Assembly (NCBI GenBank): GCA_963674745.2
Contig: CAXXDV010000001.1
Span: 1,408,001-1,472,000, forward strand
Origin: Desulfosudaceae bacterium
Lineage (GTDB): Bacteria > Desulfobacterota > Desulfobacteria > Desulfobacterales > Desulfosudaceae
Reading direction: 5' to 3'
DNA length: 64,000 nt
The position numbers and the translations under genes were made by a program. Shown piece by piece: positions 50,256 to 61,676 of this stretch; the stretch's first letter is position 1; every line of letters starts with the position of its first letter. Under the pieces are notes generated by a model, which was not told the DNA's origin, did no database searches, and was given only the letters and a program-made list of their open reading frames with translations.

Positions 50256-51506
50256 ATGAATGATAAGCATACATCACAGGCGTTGATTAATCAGCCGTTT
50301 ACGTTGCCCTGCGGGCAGACCATCAAAAACCGGCTGATGAAATCGGCCATGTCAGAAGCGCTGGGTACGACCGACAATCATGTTACCCCCGGGCTGGTCA
50401 CGCTTTACGACCGCTGGGCGCGGGGCGGCATCGGCCTGCTGGTGACCGGTAATGTCATGGTGGATCCAAAGGCGTTGGGTGAACCCAACAACGTGGCTGT
50501 CGAGGATGATCGGGACATGGACCTGCTCCAGGCCTGGGCCCGGGCCGGTACGCAGAACGATACCCGGCTCTGGGTGCAGCTGAATCATCCCGGCAAACAG
50601 GTACCAAAGGGCTTAAACGCCGAAGCCGTGGCACCTTCGGCCGTTCCTTTCAAAAAGGCCCTGAGCCGGTTTTTTGATACCCCCCGCGAACTCACTGAAA
50701 ACGAAATCCGCGAACTTGTCGAGCGGTTCGGCCGCACCGCCGAAATTGTCAAGACCGCCGGGTTTACCGGTGTTCAGATTCACGGCGCCCATGGTTACCT
50801 GGTCAGCCAGTTTCTTTCCCCACACCACAACCAGCGTGACGATCAATGGGGCGGTAGCCCTGAAAACCGCCGCCGCTTTCTGGTGGAAATTTTCCGGCGT
50901 ATCCGCAAAGGCGTCGGGCCGGACTTTCCGGTGGCCGTCAAGCTGAATTCCGCCGATTTCCAGCGGGGCGGTTTTACCGAAGAAGAATCCCTGACCGTTA
51001 TTCAGACCCTGGCCGACGAAGGGGTGGACCTGGTGGAAATTTCCGGCGGCAACTATGAGGCCCCGGCCATGAGTGGTCGAAAAGCAGCCGAAAGCACCCG
51101 ACAACGGGAGGCCTATTTTCTGGAATTTGCCGGCAAGGTCAGGAACCGGATTGATCTGCCTTTGGCCGTGACCGGCGGGTTCCGAACCGCCGCGGCCATG
51201 GGGGCGGCCCTGGCTGAAGGGCACCTGGACATGATCGGATTGGCCCGGCCCCTGGCGGTTGATCCGGATTATCCGGAAAAAATACTGGCCGGCCGGCCGC
51301 CGACGGTGACCATCCGCCCGATTTCCACCGGCATCAAAGCTGTTGACCGGATGGCCCTGATGGAGGTGGCCTGGTACAGCCGGCAGCTTCATCGTATGGC
51401 CAAAGGAAAAAATCCCCGGCCGGATGAAAGCGGCCTGTCGTCTTTTATCAAGACAGTGTTTACCAGCGGATACCGGACCTTCAAGACCCGTCGTCTTCGC
51501 GCCTGA
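50256..51506 (+). CDS. NADH:flavin oxidoreductase (old yellow enzyme family)
   Basis: QIHGAHGYL..QFLSP..N.R.D.WGGS.ENR. Confidence 0.93.
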   Translation: MNDKHTSQALINQPFTLPCGQTIKNRLMKSAMSEALGTTDNHVTPGLVTLYDRWARGGIGLLVTGNVMVDPKALGEPNNVAVEDDRDMDLLQAWARAGTQNDTRLWVQLNHPGKQVPKGLNAEAVAPSAVPFKKALSRFFDTPRELTENEIRELVERFGRTAEIVKTAGFTGVQIHGAHGYLVSQFLSPHHNQRDDQWGGSPENRRRFLVEIFRRIRKGVGPDFPVAVKLNSADFQRGGFTEEESLTVIQTLADEGVDLVEISGGNYEAPAMSGRKAAESTRQREAYFLEFAGKVRNRIDLPLAVTGGFRTAAAMGAALAEGHLDMIGLARPLAVDPDYPEKILAGRPPTVTIRPISTGIKAVDRMALMEVAWYSRQLHRMAKGKNPRPDESGLSSFIKTVFTSGYRTFKTRRLRA

Positions 51507-51654
51507 TTCCCGGGGCCGGATCAAAGGGCGACCCGCCGGTCGCCCTATTCCCCTTGAACCCTCGACCCCTTGAATCCTGGAACCCTTTTGAGGTCTGAGT
51601 TGAATCAGGGCAGGAATAAAACAATCATATCCTTGCTGGAAAGGAAAAACGTTT

Positions 51655-52479
51655 ATGAAAGTATTTCACCTGGATTGCGGTACCATGAGTCCGTTGGGGG
51701 GCAGGCTGTTGAACCGGAGCCCGGCAAAGGTTGTCTGTCATTGCCTGCTGATCGAAACAGACAAAGAACTGATTATGGTGGACGGGGGTGTGGGCACGGC
51801 GGATATGAAGAACGTCCGGCGGCTGGGCCCCATGCGGTTTCTGTTGAACCTTAAGCGGGATGTGAATGATACCGCGGCCGAACAGATCAAAAAACTGGGT
51901 TATCGCGCGGAAGATGTCCGGCATATTATGATCACGCATCTGGATCTTGACCATGCCGGGGGGCTGCCGGATTTTCCCGAAGCGTCCGTTCATGTTCTGC
52001 GACCGGAATACGAGGCCGCCATGCACCCGAAGCATTTCAAAGAACGGGAACGCTATCGGCGCTGTCATTTTACACATGATCCCCGCTGGGTTGTTTATGA
52101 TACGCCGGCCCGGGAAGACTGGTTTGGTTTAAACTGCATTGCCGAAGACGACCGGCTGCCGGAAGGCATTGTCCTGGTGCCGCTGCCGGGGCATACCCGG
52201 GGACATTGCGGCGTGGCCATAAAGACGCCGGACCGCTGGCTGCTTCATGCCGGAGACGCCTATTATCATGAACGCCGGATGGAACCGTCAGGCGGGTGCA
52301 CGCCCGGGTTTATCGCGTTTGAATATTTTGCCCATATCAATCACCGGCAGGCCATGGCGCAGGTTAAGTACTTGCGGAACCTGGTCAACAGCCATAAGGA
52401 CGAGGTCGAAGTGTTCTGTACCCATGACCCGAATGAACTGGAAAAATTAAGTAAAAAACCGGCCGCCGTCTCGATCTGA
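51655..52479 (+). CDS. metallo-beta-lactamase-fold hydrolase
   Basis: THLDLDHAGG, GHTRGH, GDA. Confidence 0.9.
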   Translation: MKVFHLDCGTMSPLGGRLLNRSPAKVVCHCLLIETDKELIMVDGGVGTADMKNVRRLGPMRFLLNLKRDVNDTAAEQIKKLGYRAEDVRHIMITHLDLDHAGGLPDFPEASVHVLRPEYEAAMHPKHFKERERYRRCHFTHDPRWVVYDTPAREDWFGLNCIAEDDRLPEGIVLVPLPGHTRGHCGVAIKTPDRWLLHAGDAYYHERRMEPSGGCTPGFIAFEYFAHINHRQAMAQVKYLRNLVNSHKDEVEVFCTHDPNELEKLSKKPAAVSI

Positions 52480-52498
52480 GGTGGTCTAGACAGGTTTT

Positions 52499-53242
52499 TT
52501 ATTTCAGCTTTTTTTGTGCTTCCCGGGCTATCTCGAGGTAGAAGGCGCCGCAGCCCTTCATGGCTTTATCCAGAATCTCCTTTGCCTCCTGTTTGTTCTC
52601 TTTGCCGCCCAGGTCCGCCAGCAGGTCGGCGATAAGCACCATGGTGTTGGGGTCTTTGCCGTAAAAAGGTGTGGCCTGATATTCGCGGTAATAGGCCAGG
52701 GATTTTTCCGTGTTTTTCAGGGGCCAGGGCAGCTGGTGCCAGAAGCGGGCCAGGGAAATCATCACATCCCCTTCTTCATAATTCGGGTCCATTTCATAGA
52801 CTTTTTCAAAGTTTTTCTGGGTTTTGTTTTTCAGCCCTGCGGTGATAGCCCCGAAAATACTGACACCGAATGAATACATGCCGGCATTAAAAGCAAAAAA
52901 ATAACAGCCTTCGATTTTATCCGGCTCCAGTTCCATTGCTTTTTCGGCATATGCCATGCCCTTTTTCGCTTCTGTTTTGCAGTCCTCTTGCCAGCCGGGT
53001 ACCATATGTTCCTGAAGGCCGTGGGTATAATAGGCATAGGCCCGGGCAAGTCGCCAGTTGGCTTCGTAGCTGTCGGGCGCTTCCGTCACGGCTTTTAAAC
53101 CGAGTTCAATGGCTTTTTTCTGATTTTCATAACCCCCGGCGCTGTTCAAGGCGTCCATTTTGTCGAGCAAGGGATTGGCGCCTGCGATAACAGGCATCAC
53201 CAGGGCCAGAATGATCGGCAGAAGATATCGGACCTTCTTCAT
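52499..53242 (-). CDS. exported TPR-like helical protein
   Basis: Signal peptide; WRLARAY, AEKAMELEP. Confidence 0.7.
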   Translation of the reverse strand: MKKVRYLLPIILALVMPVIAGANPLLDKMDALNSAGGYENQKKAIELGLKAVTEAPDSYEANWRLARAYAYYTHGLQEHMVPGWQEDCKTEAKKGMAYAEKAMELEPDKIEGCYFFAFNAGMYSFGVSIFGAITAGLKNKTQKNFEKVYEMDPNYEEGDVMISLARFWHQLPWPLKNTEKSLAYYREYQATPFYGKDPNTMVLIADLLADLGGKENKQEAKEILDKAMKGCGAFYLEIAREAQKKLK

Positions 53243-53441
53243 AAATGGTTCCTCCAGATAAAAGGATTAAGGTGTATAATAGGAGCATAATCATAAAATT
53301 TTGTCATATTCTTAGATACAAGAAGTTGACTCAACAGTCAATAAATAATCAATTGCATATTGGCTGTGGTGATGATAACCTGCCGTTAACCGTCTTTAAC
53401 AGACTGCTTTTCTAACCGTTCGACACTGAAAGGAGCCGATC

Positions 53442-54197
53442 GTGAAACCCATTATCCGTGGCATGGCCATTATTTGTTTAAGTTTGTTTATTTGTAGTTG
53501 TCAGAACGACAGTTCGATAGCGCAGGAAAAAGCAGGTGATGAGCCTGTCGCCCTACAGACCGAAAAAGAAAAAGTCAGCTATATCATAGGCAGCAATATG
53601 GCTATGTCGTTGATGAGCATCAAGGATGAAATCGATTTGGATCTGGTGAAAAAAGGGTTGGAAGACAAAATGTCGGATCAGCCGAGCCTGGTTGACGAAG
53701 AAGACGCTATTTCTATTATGCAGGCCTTTGCCCAGAAAATGAAGGCTAAAATGATGCAGGAGACAATGGCACAGGCTGAAGCCAACCTTACCGAGGGACA
53801 GGCGTTTCTTGAAAAAAACAAGGCTAACGAAGGGGTGGTGACGACGGACAGCGGTCTGCAGTACAAGGTTATCAAAAAAGGGGACGGCCCCAAACCCACC
53901 GCGGCAGATACGGTTAACGTCAATTATGAAGGCACCACTATTGACGGCAAAATTTTTGACAGCTCATATCGCCGGGGGCGGGCGGCAACCTTTCCGGTCA
54001 AGCAGGTCATTTCCGGCTGGCAGGAAGCGCTGCAGCTGATGCCTGTCGGCAGTAAATATAAATTGTATATTCCGCCGGATCTGGCTTATGGCGCACAGGG
54101 ACAGGGCGCGCAGATCGGGCCGAATGCCGTCCTGATATTTGATGTGGAACTGATGGATATCGTCAAGGCCGATGAAGAAGAGAAACCGTCTGAATAG
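53442..54197 (+). CDS. FKBP-type peptidyl-prolyl isomerase (FkpA/Mip-like lipoprotein)
   Basis: SGLQYKV, FDSSY, VISGWQEAL, LAYG. Confidence 0.93.
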   Translation: MKPIIRGMAIICLSLFICSCQNDSSIAQEKAGDEPVALQTEKEKVSYIIGSNMAMSLMSIKDEIDLDLVKKGLEDKMSDQPSLVDEEDAISIMQAFAQKMKAKMMQETMAQAEANLTEGQAFLEKNKANEGVVTTDSGLQYKVIKKGDGPKPTAADTVNVNYEGTTIDGKIFDSSYRRGRAATFPVKQVISGWQEALQLMPVGSKYKLYIPPDLAYGAQGQGAQIGPNAVLIFDVELMDIVKADEEEKPSE

Positions 54198-54217
54198 AAG
54201 CGGTTGTTGAGAAAATT

Positions 54218-54259
54218 AAAAAGCCGTCACCCGGACACATAACCGGATGACGGCTTTTT
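54218..54259. terminator. bidirectional rho-independent terminator
   Basis: AAAAAGCCGTCACCCGG...CCGGATGACGGCTTTTT between convergent genes. Confidence 0.75.
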
Positions 54260-54320
54260 GCTTTTTGGCGCGCTTAACCCTGGACCCCTCGACCCCTTGA
54301 ATCCTTGGCCCCTTTATTCG

Positions 54321-54959
54321 TTATCCAATGGCCGCGAAAGGATTGGTCCGTTTTTCCCGTCCGATGGTTGTTTCCGGCCCGTGTCCGCAAAGAACCATTA
54401 CATCATCACCCAGGGGAAACAGTTTTGTCCGGATGGCGGAAATCAAGGTATCAAAATCACCACCCGGAAAATCCGTCCGGCCGATCGAGCCGGCAAACAG
54501 GGTGTCGCCGACAAAGACCTTGTCGCCGCAAACCAGGGAAATACCGCCCGGAGAGTGACCCGGCGTGTGCAGCACCTTCATTTCGATATTACCGACGGTA
54601 ATGGTATCGCCCTCTTCCACCGTCCGATCAGGCGGGGGCGAATTGTCGCAGGACAGCCCGAAAGCCGCTGCCATTTCCGACAGCCCGGCCAGCATGGGAA
54701 TGTCGGCCGGGTGACAGATCAATTCGGCGCCGGTTGCCTGTTTTAACTCACGGTTGGCGCTGACATGGTCAAAATGACCGTGGGTGTTGATAATACAGGT
54801 CGCCGTCAGTTTATGCCCGGCCAGTTTGTACAGAATCCGCTCTGCTTCGTCACCCGGGTCAATCACCGCCGCCTTTAAGGTCTCCTCGCAGCCGACGATA
54901 AAACAGTTGGCCATAATCGGTCCCACTTCCAACTTCTCAATGATCAACTTCGCCTCCAT
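54321..54959 (-). CDS. MBL-fold hydrolase (glyoxalase II-like)
   Basis: THGHFDH, HTPGHSPG, GDTLF. Confidence 0.9.
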   Translation of the reverse strand: MEAKLIIEKLEVGPIMANCFIVGCEETLKAAVIDPGDEAERILYKLAGHKLTATCIINTHGHFDHVSANRELKQATGAELICHPADIPMLAGLSEMAAAFGLSCDNSPPPDRTVEEGDTITVGNIEMKVLHTPGHSPGGISLVCGDKVFVGDTLFAGSIGRTDFPGGDFDTLISAIRTKLFPLGDDVMVLCGHGPETTIGREKRTNPFAAIG

Positions 54960-55221
54960 TCTTTTTTCCCGTTCGCTGTTTTGCCTGTTCGATCAGCTCC
55001 AGGATACTGGTAATTTTGGGTTTGGTGGGGCGGGCGGTAAGGACGGCGGAAACCGTATCGGCCGGATAATGGGCCTTCAGGTATCCGACCACATCAAAAA
55101 ATTCCCACCAGCAATCCGCAATTTTCCAACACAACCCCTGATTTTCTCCGCAGGTCAGGCAATAAGAAAAAGTGATCTCATGCCCCAGCCTGGGGCAGCG
55201 TAGTTGTCGCTCCAACGGCAT
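54937..55221 (-). CDS. small Cys-containing hypothetical protein
   Basis: RCPRLGHEI.F.YC...CWKIADCW. Confidence 0.6.
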   Translation of the reverse strand: MPLERQLRCPRLGHEITFSYCLTCGENQGLCWKIADCWWEFFDVVGYLKAHYPADTVSAVLTARPTKPKITSILELIEQAKQRTGKKNGGEVDH

Positions 55222-55242
55222 GTCCGTTTCCCCGCGGTGTTT

Positions 55243-56613
55243 TTAAGAGAGTATCTCAGGCTTGGGGAAGTCGGCAAATACGGCCTCGGAAGCCGCCAGT
55301 TCCTCATCGTTCTGGACAATATCAACCAGCTCTCCGGAAAAGTATTTGTCATACCCGGCCAGGTCGATCAGGCCATGACCACTCCAGTTGAACAGGATGA
55401 CCTTTTCCTTGCCTTCTTCCTTGGCTTTGAGGGCTTCGTCAATGACACAGGCCAGGGCATGGTTGGTTTCCGGGGCCGGAATGATGCCTTCGGTCCGGGC
55501 AAATTGGATACCCGCCTCGTAGGCTTTGAGCTGCGCAACGGCTTTGGGTTCAATAAGGCCCTGGCATACGAGCTGGCTGACGGTGGGTGCCATACCGTGG
55601 TAGCGCAATCCGCCGGCGTGAATCGGGGGCGGAACAAAGGCATGACCCAGACTGTGCATGGGCAGCAGCGGTGTGTAGCGGGCTGTATCGCCATGGTCAT
55701 AAACAAACGGCGCTCTGGTCAATGTGGGACACCCTTTGGGTTCCACGGGATAAATTTCAACCTGTTTACCGTTGATCTTGTCATGAACAAAGGGAAAGGC
55801 AATCCCGGCGAAATTACTGCCGCCGCCGGCACAACCGATAACGATATCCGGATATTCGTTGATTTTTTCCAGTTGTTTTTTGGCTTCCAGCCCGATAATT
55901 GTCTGGTGAAGCATGACATGATTCAACACGCTGCCAAGGGAATAGCGGGTCTGGCCGGACTCATCGGAGACCGCCGCTTCTATGGCTTCGCTGATGGCAA
56001 TGCCCAGGCTGCCCGGGGTGTCCGGATCTTTGGCCAGAATGTCACGTCCGGCCTTGGTTTCGGTGCTGGGGCTGGGGATGCAGTTGCCGCCCCAGACCGA
56101 CATCATGGATTTGCGATACGGCTTCTGATCAAAACTGATGCGGACCATGTAAACTTTACATTCAAGGCCGAAATAGGAGCAGGCAAAGGACAGGGCGCTT
56201 CCCCACTGGCCGGCACCGGTCTCGGTCGTGATGCGTTTGATGCCGAACTCTTTGTTATAATAAGCCTGGGCCACGGCCGTGTTGGGTTTGTGGCTGCCGG
56301 GAGGGCTGACGCTTTCATTCTTATAGTAAATCCTGGCCGGCGTCCCCAGCAGTTTTTCCAGGTTACTGGCCCGCACCAGCGGCGTTGGCCGCCATATTTT
56401 CAGGATGCCCAGAACTTCTTCCGGTATGTCGATCCAGCGTTCGGTACTGACTTCCTGCTCGATCAGATTCATGGGGAATACCGGGGCCAGCGCGTCCGGG
56501 CTGATGGGCTGGCCGTCTGGCCCGAGCGGGGGATTCATTTTAATGTCAGCGAGAATGTTATACCACTGGCGCGGCATCTCATCTTCCGTTAATAACACTT
56601 TTTTGTTTTCCAC
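55243..56613 (-). CDS. trpB2: TrpB2-type tryptophan synthase beta
   Basis: [31 protein letters not shown]. Confidence 0.93.
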   Translation of the reverse strand: MENKKVLLTEDEMPRQWYNILADIKMNPPLGPDGQPISPDALAPVFPMNLIEQEVSTERWIDIPEEVLGILKIWRPTPLVRASNLEKLLGTPARIYYKNESVSPPGSHKPNTAVAQAYYNKEFGIKRITTETGAGQWGSALSFACSYFGLECKVYMVRISFDQKPYRKSMMSVWGGNCIPSPSTETKAGRDILAKDPDTPGSLGIAISEAIEAAVSDESGQTRYSLGSVLNHVMLHQTIIGLEAKKQLEKINEYPDIVIGCAGGGSNFAGIAFPFVHDKINGKQVEIYPVEPKGCPTLTRAPFVYDHGDTARYTPLLPMHSLGHAFVPPPIHAGGLRYHGMAPTVSQLVCQGLIEPKAVAQLKAYEAGIQFARTEGIIPAPETNHALACVIDEALKAKEEGKEKVILFNWSGHGLIDLAGYDKYFSGELVDIVQNDEELAASEAVFADFPKPEILS

Positions 56614-56630
56614 AAGCTCTCTCCTTAATT

Positions 56631-57077
56631 TTAAGATCGGTTAACATCTGACAGTTGAATATCTTTTTGTTGCTCAAGCTGTTTTCGAATACTGTCAAGG
56701 ACACCGTTGATAAACGCCCCGGAATCGTCGGAGCTGAATTGTTTCCCTATTTCTATGGCCTCGTTGATGGCTACTTTGAACGGTACATCCTGACAAAACA
56801 TCATTTCATAGACAGCGATTTTCATAATATTGCGATCTACTCCGGACATCCGGCTGATCTTCCAGTGCTGGGAATGATCCGCCAGCAACGCGTCGATCTG
56901 CCTGCGCTTGTCCCGGACGCCGTTAGCGAGCGTAAAAAAATGCGGAAATGTCTCCGGGGTCAAATCAAAACGCCCGCTAAAGGCATCCAGTTCCTCTTCA
57001 AAATTTTCCCAGGCGTTTAAATCTCCGGCAAAGAGAAACTGTAACGCCAAAATGCGCGATCTGCGTCTGCCAGCCAT
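56631..57077 (-). CDS. nusB: transcription antitermination factor NusB
   Basis: [24 protein letters not shown]. Confidence 0.95.
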   Translation of the reverse strand: MAGRRRSRILALQFLFAGDLNAWENFEEELDAFSGRFDLTPETFPHFFTLANGVRDKRRQIDALLADHSQHWKISRMSGVDRNIMKIAVYEMMFCQDVPFKVAINEAIEIGKQFSSDDSGAFINGVLDSIRKQLEQQKDIQLSDVNRS

Positions 57078-57092
57078 ACCAAGATACTCAGT

Positions 57093-57560
57093 TTAACGGA
57101 TTTTGTTCATAAGGTTGGCCATCTCGATACCCGCAATGGCCGCGTCCCATCCCTTGTTGCCCGCCTTTGTTCCGGCGCGTTCAATGGCCTGTTCGATCGT
57201 GTCGGTAGTGATGACACCGAATATTACCGGCACGGCCGAGTCCAGGCTGACCTGGGCGATTCCCTTGGACACCTCTGCACTGACATAATCAAAATGAGGT
57301 GTTGAACCGCGAATAACGGCGCCCAGACAGATGACCGCATCATAAGCACCTGCCGCCGCAAGCTTCTTGGCCGCCAGTGGAATTTCAAAACAGCCCGGTA
57401 CTTTGACCAGGGCAATGTTTTTATCCTCAGCGCCGTTTCTGATCAGGGCGTCCACGGCCCCGGCAACCAGCCGCTCGGTAATGAAGTCATTAAACCGGCT
57501 GGCGACCAGCGCGAACCGTTTTCCTTCAGCGGAAAGTCCGGCTTCGATTAAGTTCGGCAT
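57093..57560 (-). CDS. ribH: lumazine synthase
   Basis: [23 protein letters not shown]. Confidence 0.96.
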   Translation of the reverse strand: MPNLIEAGLSAEGKRFALVASRFNDFITERLVAGAVDALIRNGAEDKNIALVKVPGCFEIPLAAKKLAAAGAYDAVICLGAVIRGSTPHFDYVSAEVSKGIAQVSLDSAVPVIFGVITTDTIEQAIERAGTKAGNKGWDAAIAGIEMANLMNKIR

Positions 57561-57622
57561 TTTCCCTCCTAAAATAATTTAAGTGTAACACCATCAATAA
57601 AAGAACAGGTCCCGGTTGCCTG

Positions 57623-58837
57623 TTATGGCACACAATCCAGGTTCAGAGTATGACCCATTTTCAGCTTTTTACATTCAAGGTAATTTTTATTGTACTTGTT
57701 GGGCGGAATTTCCATGGGAACCTGCTCCACCACGGAAAGGCCGTAGCCTTCCAGCCCGACGATTTTTTTGGGGTTGTTGGTCATCAGCCGCATTTTTCTA
57801 ACCCCCAGGTCGGCCAGTACCTGGGCGCCGATACCGTAATCCCGCAAATCCGGGCGGAAACCCAGCTCAACATTGGCTTCCACCGTATCAAACCCCTGGT
57901 CCTGAAGGTTGTATGCTTTGAGTTTGTTGACCAGGCCGATGCCCCGTCCTTCCTGCCGGACATACAGCAGGACACCGGATCCCTCTTCGGCCATCATCAG
58001 CATTGACTTTTGAAGCTGGTTGCCGCAGTCGCAGCGTAGCGAACCAAAGATGTCTCCGGTCAGGCATTCGGAATGCACCCTTACAAGTACCGGTTCCTCA
58101 GTTTTGATTTCACCTTTGATCAAGGCGATGTGCTGAAAATCATCCATGTCATTTTCGTATACAATCACCTTGAACTCACCACCATACTGGGATTGAATTC
58201 TGGCTTCCACCGCTTTTTTGACGAAGGATTCCGTCCGCATGCGATATTCGATCAGGTCGGCGATGGTGCAGATGCCGATGCCGTGTTTTTCACTGAACTC
58301 CATCAGGGACGGCATTCGGGCCATGGTGCCGTCATCGTTCATGATTTCGCAGATGACACCGGCCGGTTTCAGGCCGGCCAGGCGGGACAGGTCAACGGAA
58401 CCCTCTGTCTGTCCGGCCCTGACGATGACGCCTCCGCGCCGTGCCCGCAAAGGGAAAATATGACCCGGCCTGGCAAGATCATCCGGCCGGGCATTGTCGG
58501 CCACGGCCGTAAGAATCGTGGTTGCCCGGTCGGCGGCGGATATACCGGTGGAAACGCCTCGCTTGGCTTCAATGGATACGGTAAATCCGGTCTTGTACTG
58601 AGATGTGTTTTTATCCACCATCAGCGGCAGGTTAAGGGCTTCGACGATATTGGCGTCAAGCGCCAGGCAGATCAGGCCGCGACCGTGTGTAGCCATGAAG
58701 TTAACCGATTCCGCGGAAATTTTTTCGGCGGCGATCATTAAGTCGCCCTCGTTTTCCCGGTCTTCGTCATCCGTCAGAATAATCATTTTTCCGGCACGGA
58801 TATCTTTTATTGCATCTTCAACACTAATTAGTCCCAT
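57623..58837 (-). CDS. ribBA: DHBP synthase / GTP cyclohydrolase II
   Basis: [31 protein letters not shown]. Confidence 0.96.
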   Translation of the reverse strand: MGLISVEDAIKDIRAGKMIILTDDEDRENEGDLMIAAEKISAESVNFMATHGRGLICLALDANIVEALNLPLMVDKNTSQYKTGFTVSIEAKRGVSTGISAADRATTILTAVADNARPDDLARPGHIFPLRARRGGVIVRAGQTEGSVDLSRLAGLKPAGVICEIMNDDGTMARMPSLMEFSEKHGIGICTIADLIEYRMRTESFVKKAVEARIQSQYGGEFKVIVYENDMDDFQHIALIKGEIKTEEPVLVRVHSECLTGDIFGSLRCDCGNQLQKSMLMMAEEGSGVLLYVRQEGRGIGLVNKLKAYNLQDQGFDTVEANVELGFRPDLRDYGIGAQVLADLGVRKMRLMTNNPKKIVGLEGYGLSVVEQVPMEIPPNKYNKNYLECKKLKMGHTLNLDCVP

Positions 58838-58868
58838 GTTACTTCTCCTGTTAAGTCAATCAACGGAA

Positions 58869-59531
58869 TCAATCAAACCCGGCTTTTAAAAGAGATTCCC
58901 GGGTAATGGCTCCCCCGTCGGACGGATTGTCGTTTCCGGTCCGGCCGATGGTCAGAAAATGATTCACGTATTTTCCGATAATATCGGTTTCAATATTCAC
59001 AACGTCTCCTGCGCGCCGAAAGCCGAGGGTGGTCATGCCGGCGGTATGCGGTATGATGCTCACCTCGAAAAAATCCCGGCCGCAACGATTAATGGTCAGG
59101 CTGATGCCGTCGATGGCAACCGATCCTTTGGACACCATATAAGCCGATAAATCGGCGTTTACGCCAAAAGTGAAAATTAGGGCGTTTCCGGCTTTCTGTT
59201 TATCCCGTATTATACCGGTGCCGTCAATATGGCCGGTAACCAGGTGACCGCCCAGGCGATCGGTAAATCGCAGTGCCCGCTCGAGGTTGACCCTCGTGCC
59301 GATCTTTAAATCACCAAGGGTGGTTTTTGTCATGGTCTCCGGTGAAGCGTCGGCGTCAAAATGCTTTTCGGACACACTTGTGGCCGTAAGGCAGACGCCG
59401 TTGACGGCGATACTGTCACCGATGCGGGTATCCCCGAGGTCAAAACCGGTGTCGATACTGATGCGCATGCCACCGCTGACCTGCCGGGTGCTCCGGATGA
59501 CGCCCAGTCCTTCGATAATACCGGTAAACAT
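58869..59531 (-). CDS. ribE: riboflavin synthase alpha chain
   Basis: MFTGII, GGHLVTGH. Confidence 0.96.
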   Translation of the reverse strand: MFTGIIEGLGVIRSTRQVSGGMRISIDTGFDLGDTRIGDSIAVNGVCLTATSVSEKHFDADASPETMTKTTLGDLKIGTRVNLERALRFTDRLGGHLVTGHIDGTGIIRDKQKAGNALIFTFGVNADLSAYMVSKGSVAIDGISLTINRCGRDFFEVSIIPHTAGMTTLGFRRAGDVVNIETDIIGKYVNHFLTIGRTGNDNPSDGGAITRESLLKAGFD

Positions 59532-60628
59532 CAGTTTATATATCCTTCCACCAGAAAGTCTTCCTCAAACCGCCGTACCGACGTTTTGTTCAGCCGGATA
59601 ACATCCTTCATCAAATCAGGGCCGTTTCCGGCACAAACCGGAACACCGTCATCTCCGCCCATTATTTTGGGCGCGTAAAAAAAACAGACCTTGTCGACGA
59701 TTCCCGCCCTCAGGGCCGAACCGCTGACCCGGCCGCCGCCTTCAATCAGCAGGCTGGTGATATCCATCTCTCCCAGTCGTCGCATCAGGCCGGTCAGGTT
59801 AATGCGTCCTGATTCATCCTGGTCTTCCGCAATTACCCGAACGCCTGTTTTTTCAAAGCGCGCCATTCTGCCCGGATCGACTGTTTTGCCGGTGACAACA
59901 ATTGTCTCCGCCGGTGAATCCAGGTGAAACACACAGGCGTTTTTGTCTACCGTCAGGCCGGTGTCCAGGATAATCCGAACCGGATCCCGGGTCGGTCTTC
60001 CTTCAAGCCGGGCCGTCAAACTCGGGTTGTCGGCCTTAACCGTTCCCGAACCGACCATGATGGCGTCGGCCGCGTGCCGCATCTGGTGAACGTAATGTCT
60101 GGCACGCTCCCCGGTAATCCATTTCGAGTCGCCTGTCCGGGTGGCGATGCGTCCATCCAGGGTCATGGCGCATTTTAATGTTACAAACGGCGTTTTGGTC
60201 CGGATGAACTTAAGAAACCATTCAATCTGTTTTGCCGCTTCCTCCCGGCAAACGCCTTCGACCACTTCGATACCGTGGTCTTTCAGAAACGCCAGACCGC
60301 CTCCGGTGACATCCGGGTTGGGATCCCGCACCGCGATCACCACCCGCTTGATACCGGCCCGGATGATTTTTTCGGTACAGGGCGGTGTGCGGCCGGTGTG
60401 ATTGCACGGTTCCAGCGTTACATAAATGTCGGCTTTTTCCGCCAGCGCACCGGCGTCATCTATGGCCATTACTTCCGCGTGCGGCTTTCCGGCCGCTTCG
60501 TGCCAGCCCCTGCCCACAATACGGCCGTCTTTTACGACAACCGCACCGACCGCAGGGTTGGGAGACGTAAACCCGTCTCCTTTTGCTGCCAGGCTGATGG
60601 CCTGTTCCATGAAATAAGTGTCATCCAT
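59531..60628 (-). CDS. ribD: riboflavin deaminase/reductase
   Basis: HAE, TLEPCNH.GRTPPC, EGG. Confidence 0.96.
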   Translation of the reverse strand: MDDTYFMEQAISLAAKGDGFTSPNPAVGAVVVKDGRIVGRGWHEAAGKPHAEVMAIDDAGALAEKADIYVTLEPCNHTGRTPPCTEKIIRAGIKRVVIAVRDPNPDVTGGGLAFLKDHGIEVVEGVCREEAAKQIEWFLKFIRTKTPFVTLKCAMTLDGRIATRTGDSKWITGERARHYVHQMRHAADAIMVGSGTVKADNPSLTARLEGRPTRDPVRIILDTGLTVDKNACVFHLDSPAETIVVTGKTVDPGRMARFEKTGVRVIAEDQDESGRINLTGLMRRLGEMDITSLLIEGGGRVSGSALRAGIVDKVCFFYAPKIMGGDDGVPVCAGNGPDLMKDVIRLNKTSVRRFEEDFLVEGYIN

Positions 60629-60660
60629 ATCATTTTCACGTCGTGAGGAGTGCCGATCGG

Positions 60661-61113
60661 CTATCGCTTCAGCAGGCTTTTCAACTCGGAGTAAAAATCA
60701 TGCACATCCTTGAATTCTCTGTAAACCGACGCGAACCTGACATAAGCCACATCATCCAGCGTGTGCAGCTTTTTCATGACTTTCTCGCCGATGATGCTCG
60801 AAGGAATCTCATTCTCGCCCATTTCCATCAGATCACGTTCAAGTTCATCAATAAAATCTTCAATCACATTAATGCTGATCTGACGTTTCTGGCAGGCGCT
60901 CTTCATCCCCACCCGGACTTTTTCCTTGAGAAAAGCCTCCCGGCGACCGTCTTTTTTGACGATCATGATCGGCACTTTTTCCACATGTTCGTAGGTGGTG
61001 AAGCGACGACCACATGAAAGGCATTCCCGGCGGCGACGGGTCTCGGAGTCCTCCCGGCTTAGCCGTGAATCAATGACTTTGTTTTCAAGCTCTCCGCAAA
61101 ACGGGCATTTCAT
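60661..61113 (-). CDS. nrdR: transcriptional repressor NrdR
   Basis: MKCPFC...RRRRECLSC, AYVRFASVY. Confidence 0.97.
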   Translation of the reverse strand: MKCPFCGELENKVIDSRLSREDSETRRRRECLSCGRRFTTYEHVEKVPIMIVKKDGRREAFLKEKVRVGMKSACQKRQISINVIEDFIDELERDLMEMGENEIPSSIIGEKVMKKLHTLDDVAYVRFASVYREFKDVHDFYSELKSLLKR

Positions 61114-61116
61114 GTG

Positions 61117-61602
61117 TTATTCCTTTTTACCATGATTATCCATATGGGTCAGCCTGATCTCAGTCTCTTCAAGCATCTGTTCCGACAGATCGTCGGCATA
61201 GCCTTCTTTATAAAAAATGGTTTTTAAACCCGCATTAATGATCATTTTGGTGCATATGGAGCAGGGCAGGTTGGTACAGTAAAGATCCGCTCCGCTGATG
61301 GTCACACCGTGGGAAGCGGCCTGAATAATAGCGTTCTGTTCGGCGTGGATACCCCGGCACAATTCATGTCGCTGACCCGAGGGTACGTTCTGTTGTACGC
61401 GAAGGCAACCGGTTTCGGCACAATGGGGAACGCCTGTGGGCGCGCCGTTGTATCCCGTAGCCAGTATGCGTTTATCCTTAACGATAATCGCGCCGACGGA
61501 ACGCCGCAGGCAGGTGGAACGGGTGGCGACCAGTTCGGCGATTTGCATAAAATAGGTGTCCCAGTCCGGTCGCTTTGAGACTCTATCGGCTGGTGGTTCC
61601 AT
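61117..61602 (-). CDS. dCMP/cytidine deaminase family protein
   Basis: HAEQNA, PCSIC. Confidence 0.9.
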   Translation of the reverse strand: MEPPADRVSKRPDWDTYFMQIAELVATRSTCLRRSVGAIIVKDKRILATGYNGAPTGVPHCAETGCLRVQQNVPSGQRHELCRGIHAEQNAIIQAASHGVTISGADLYCTNLPCSICTKMIINAGLKTIFYKEGYADDLSEQMLEETEIRLTHMDNHGKKE

Positions 61603-61676
61603 ATGTTTTTTCTTCCTTGCAATATATCAGCACGGGTCACGTCAACCGGCCGGATGCTGTACCGGATAAAATGATC

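Noticed and set aside
55204..56592. 462-aa plus-strand ORF
   Set aside because: Antisense shadow of trpB2; same for 47417-48385, 50613-51524 and 29284-30093
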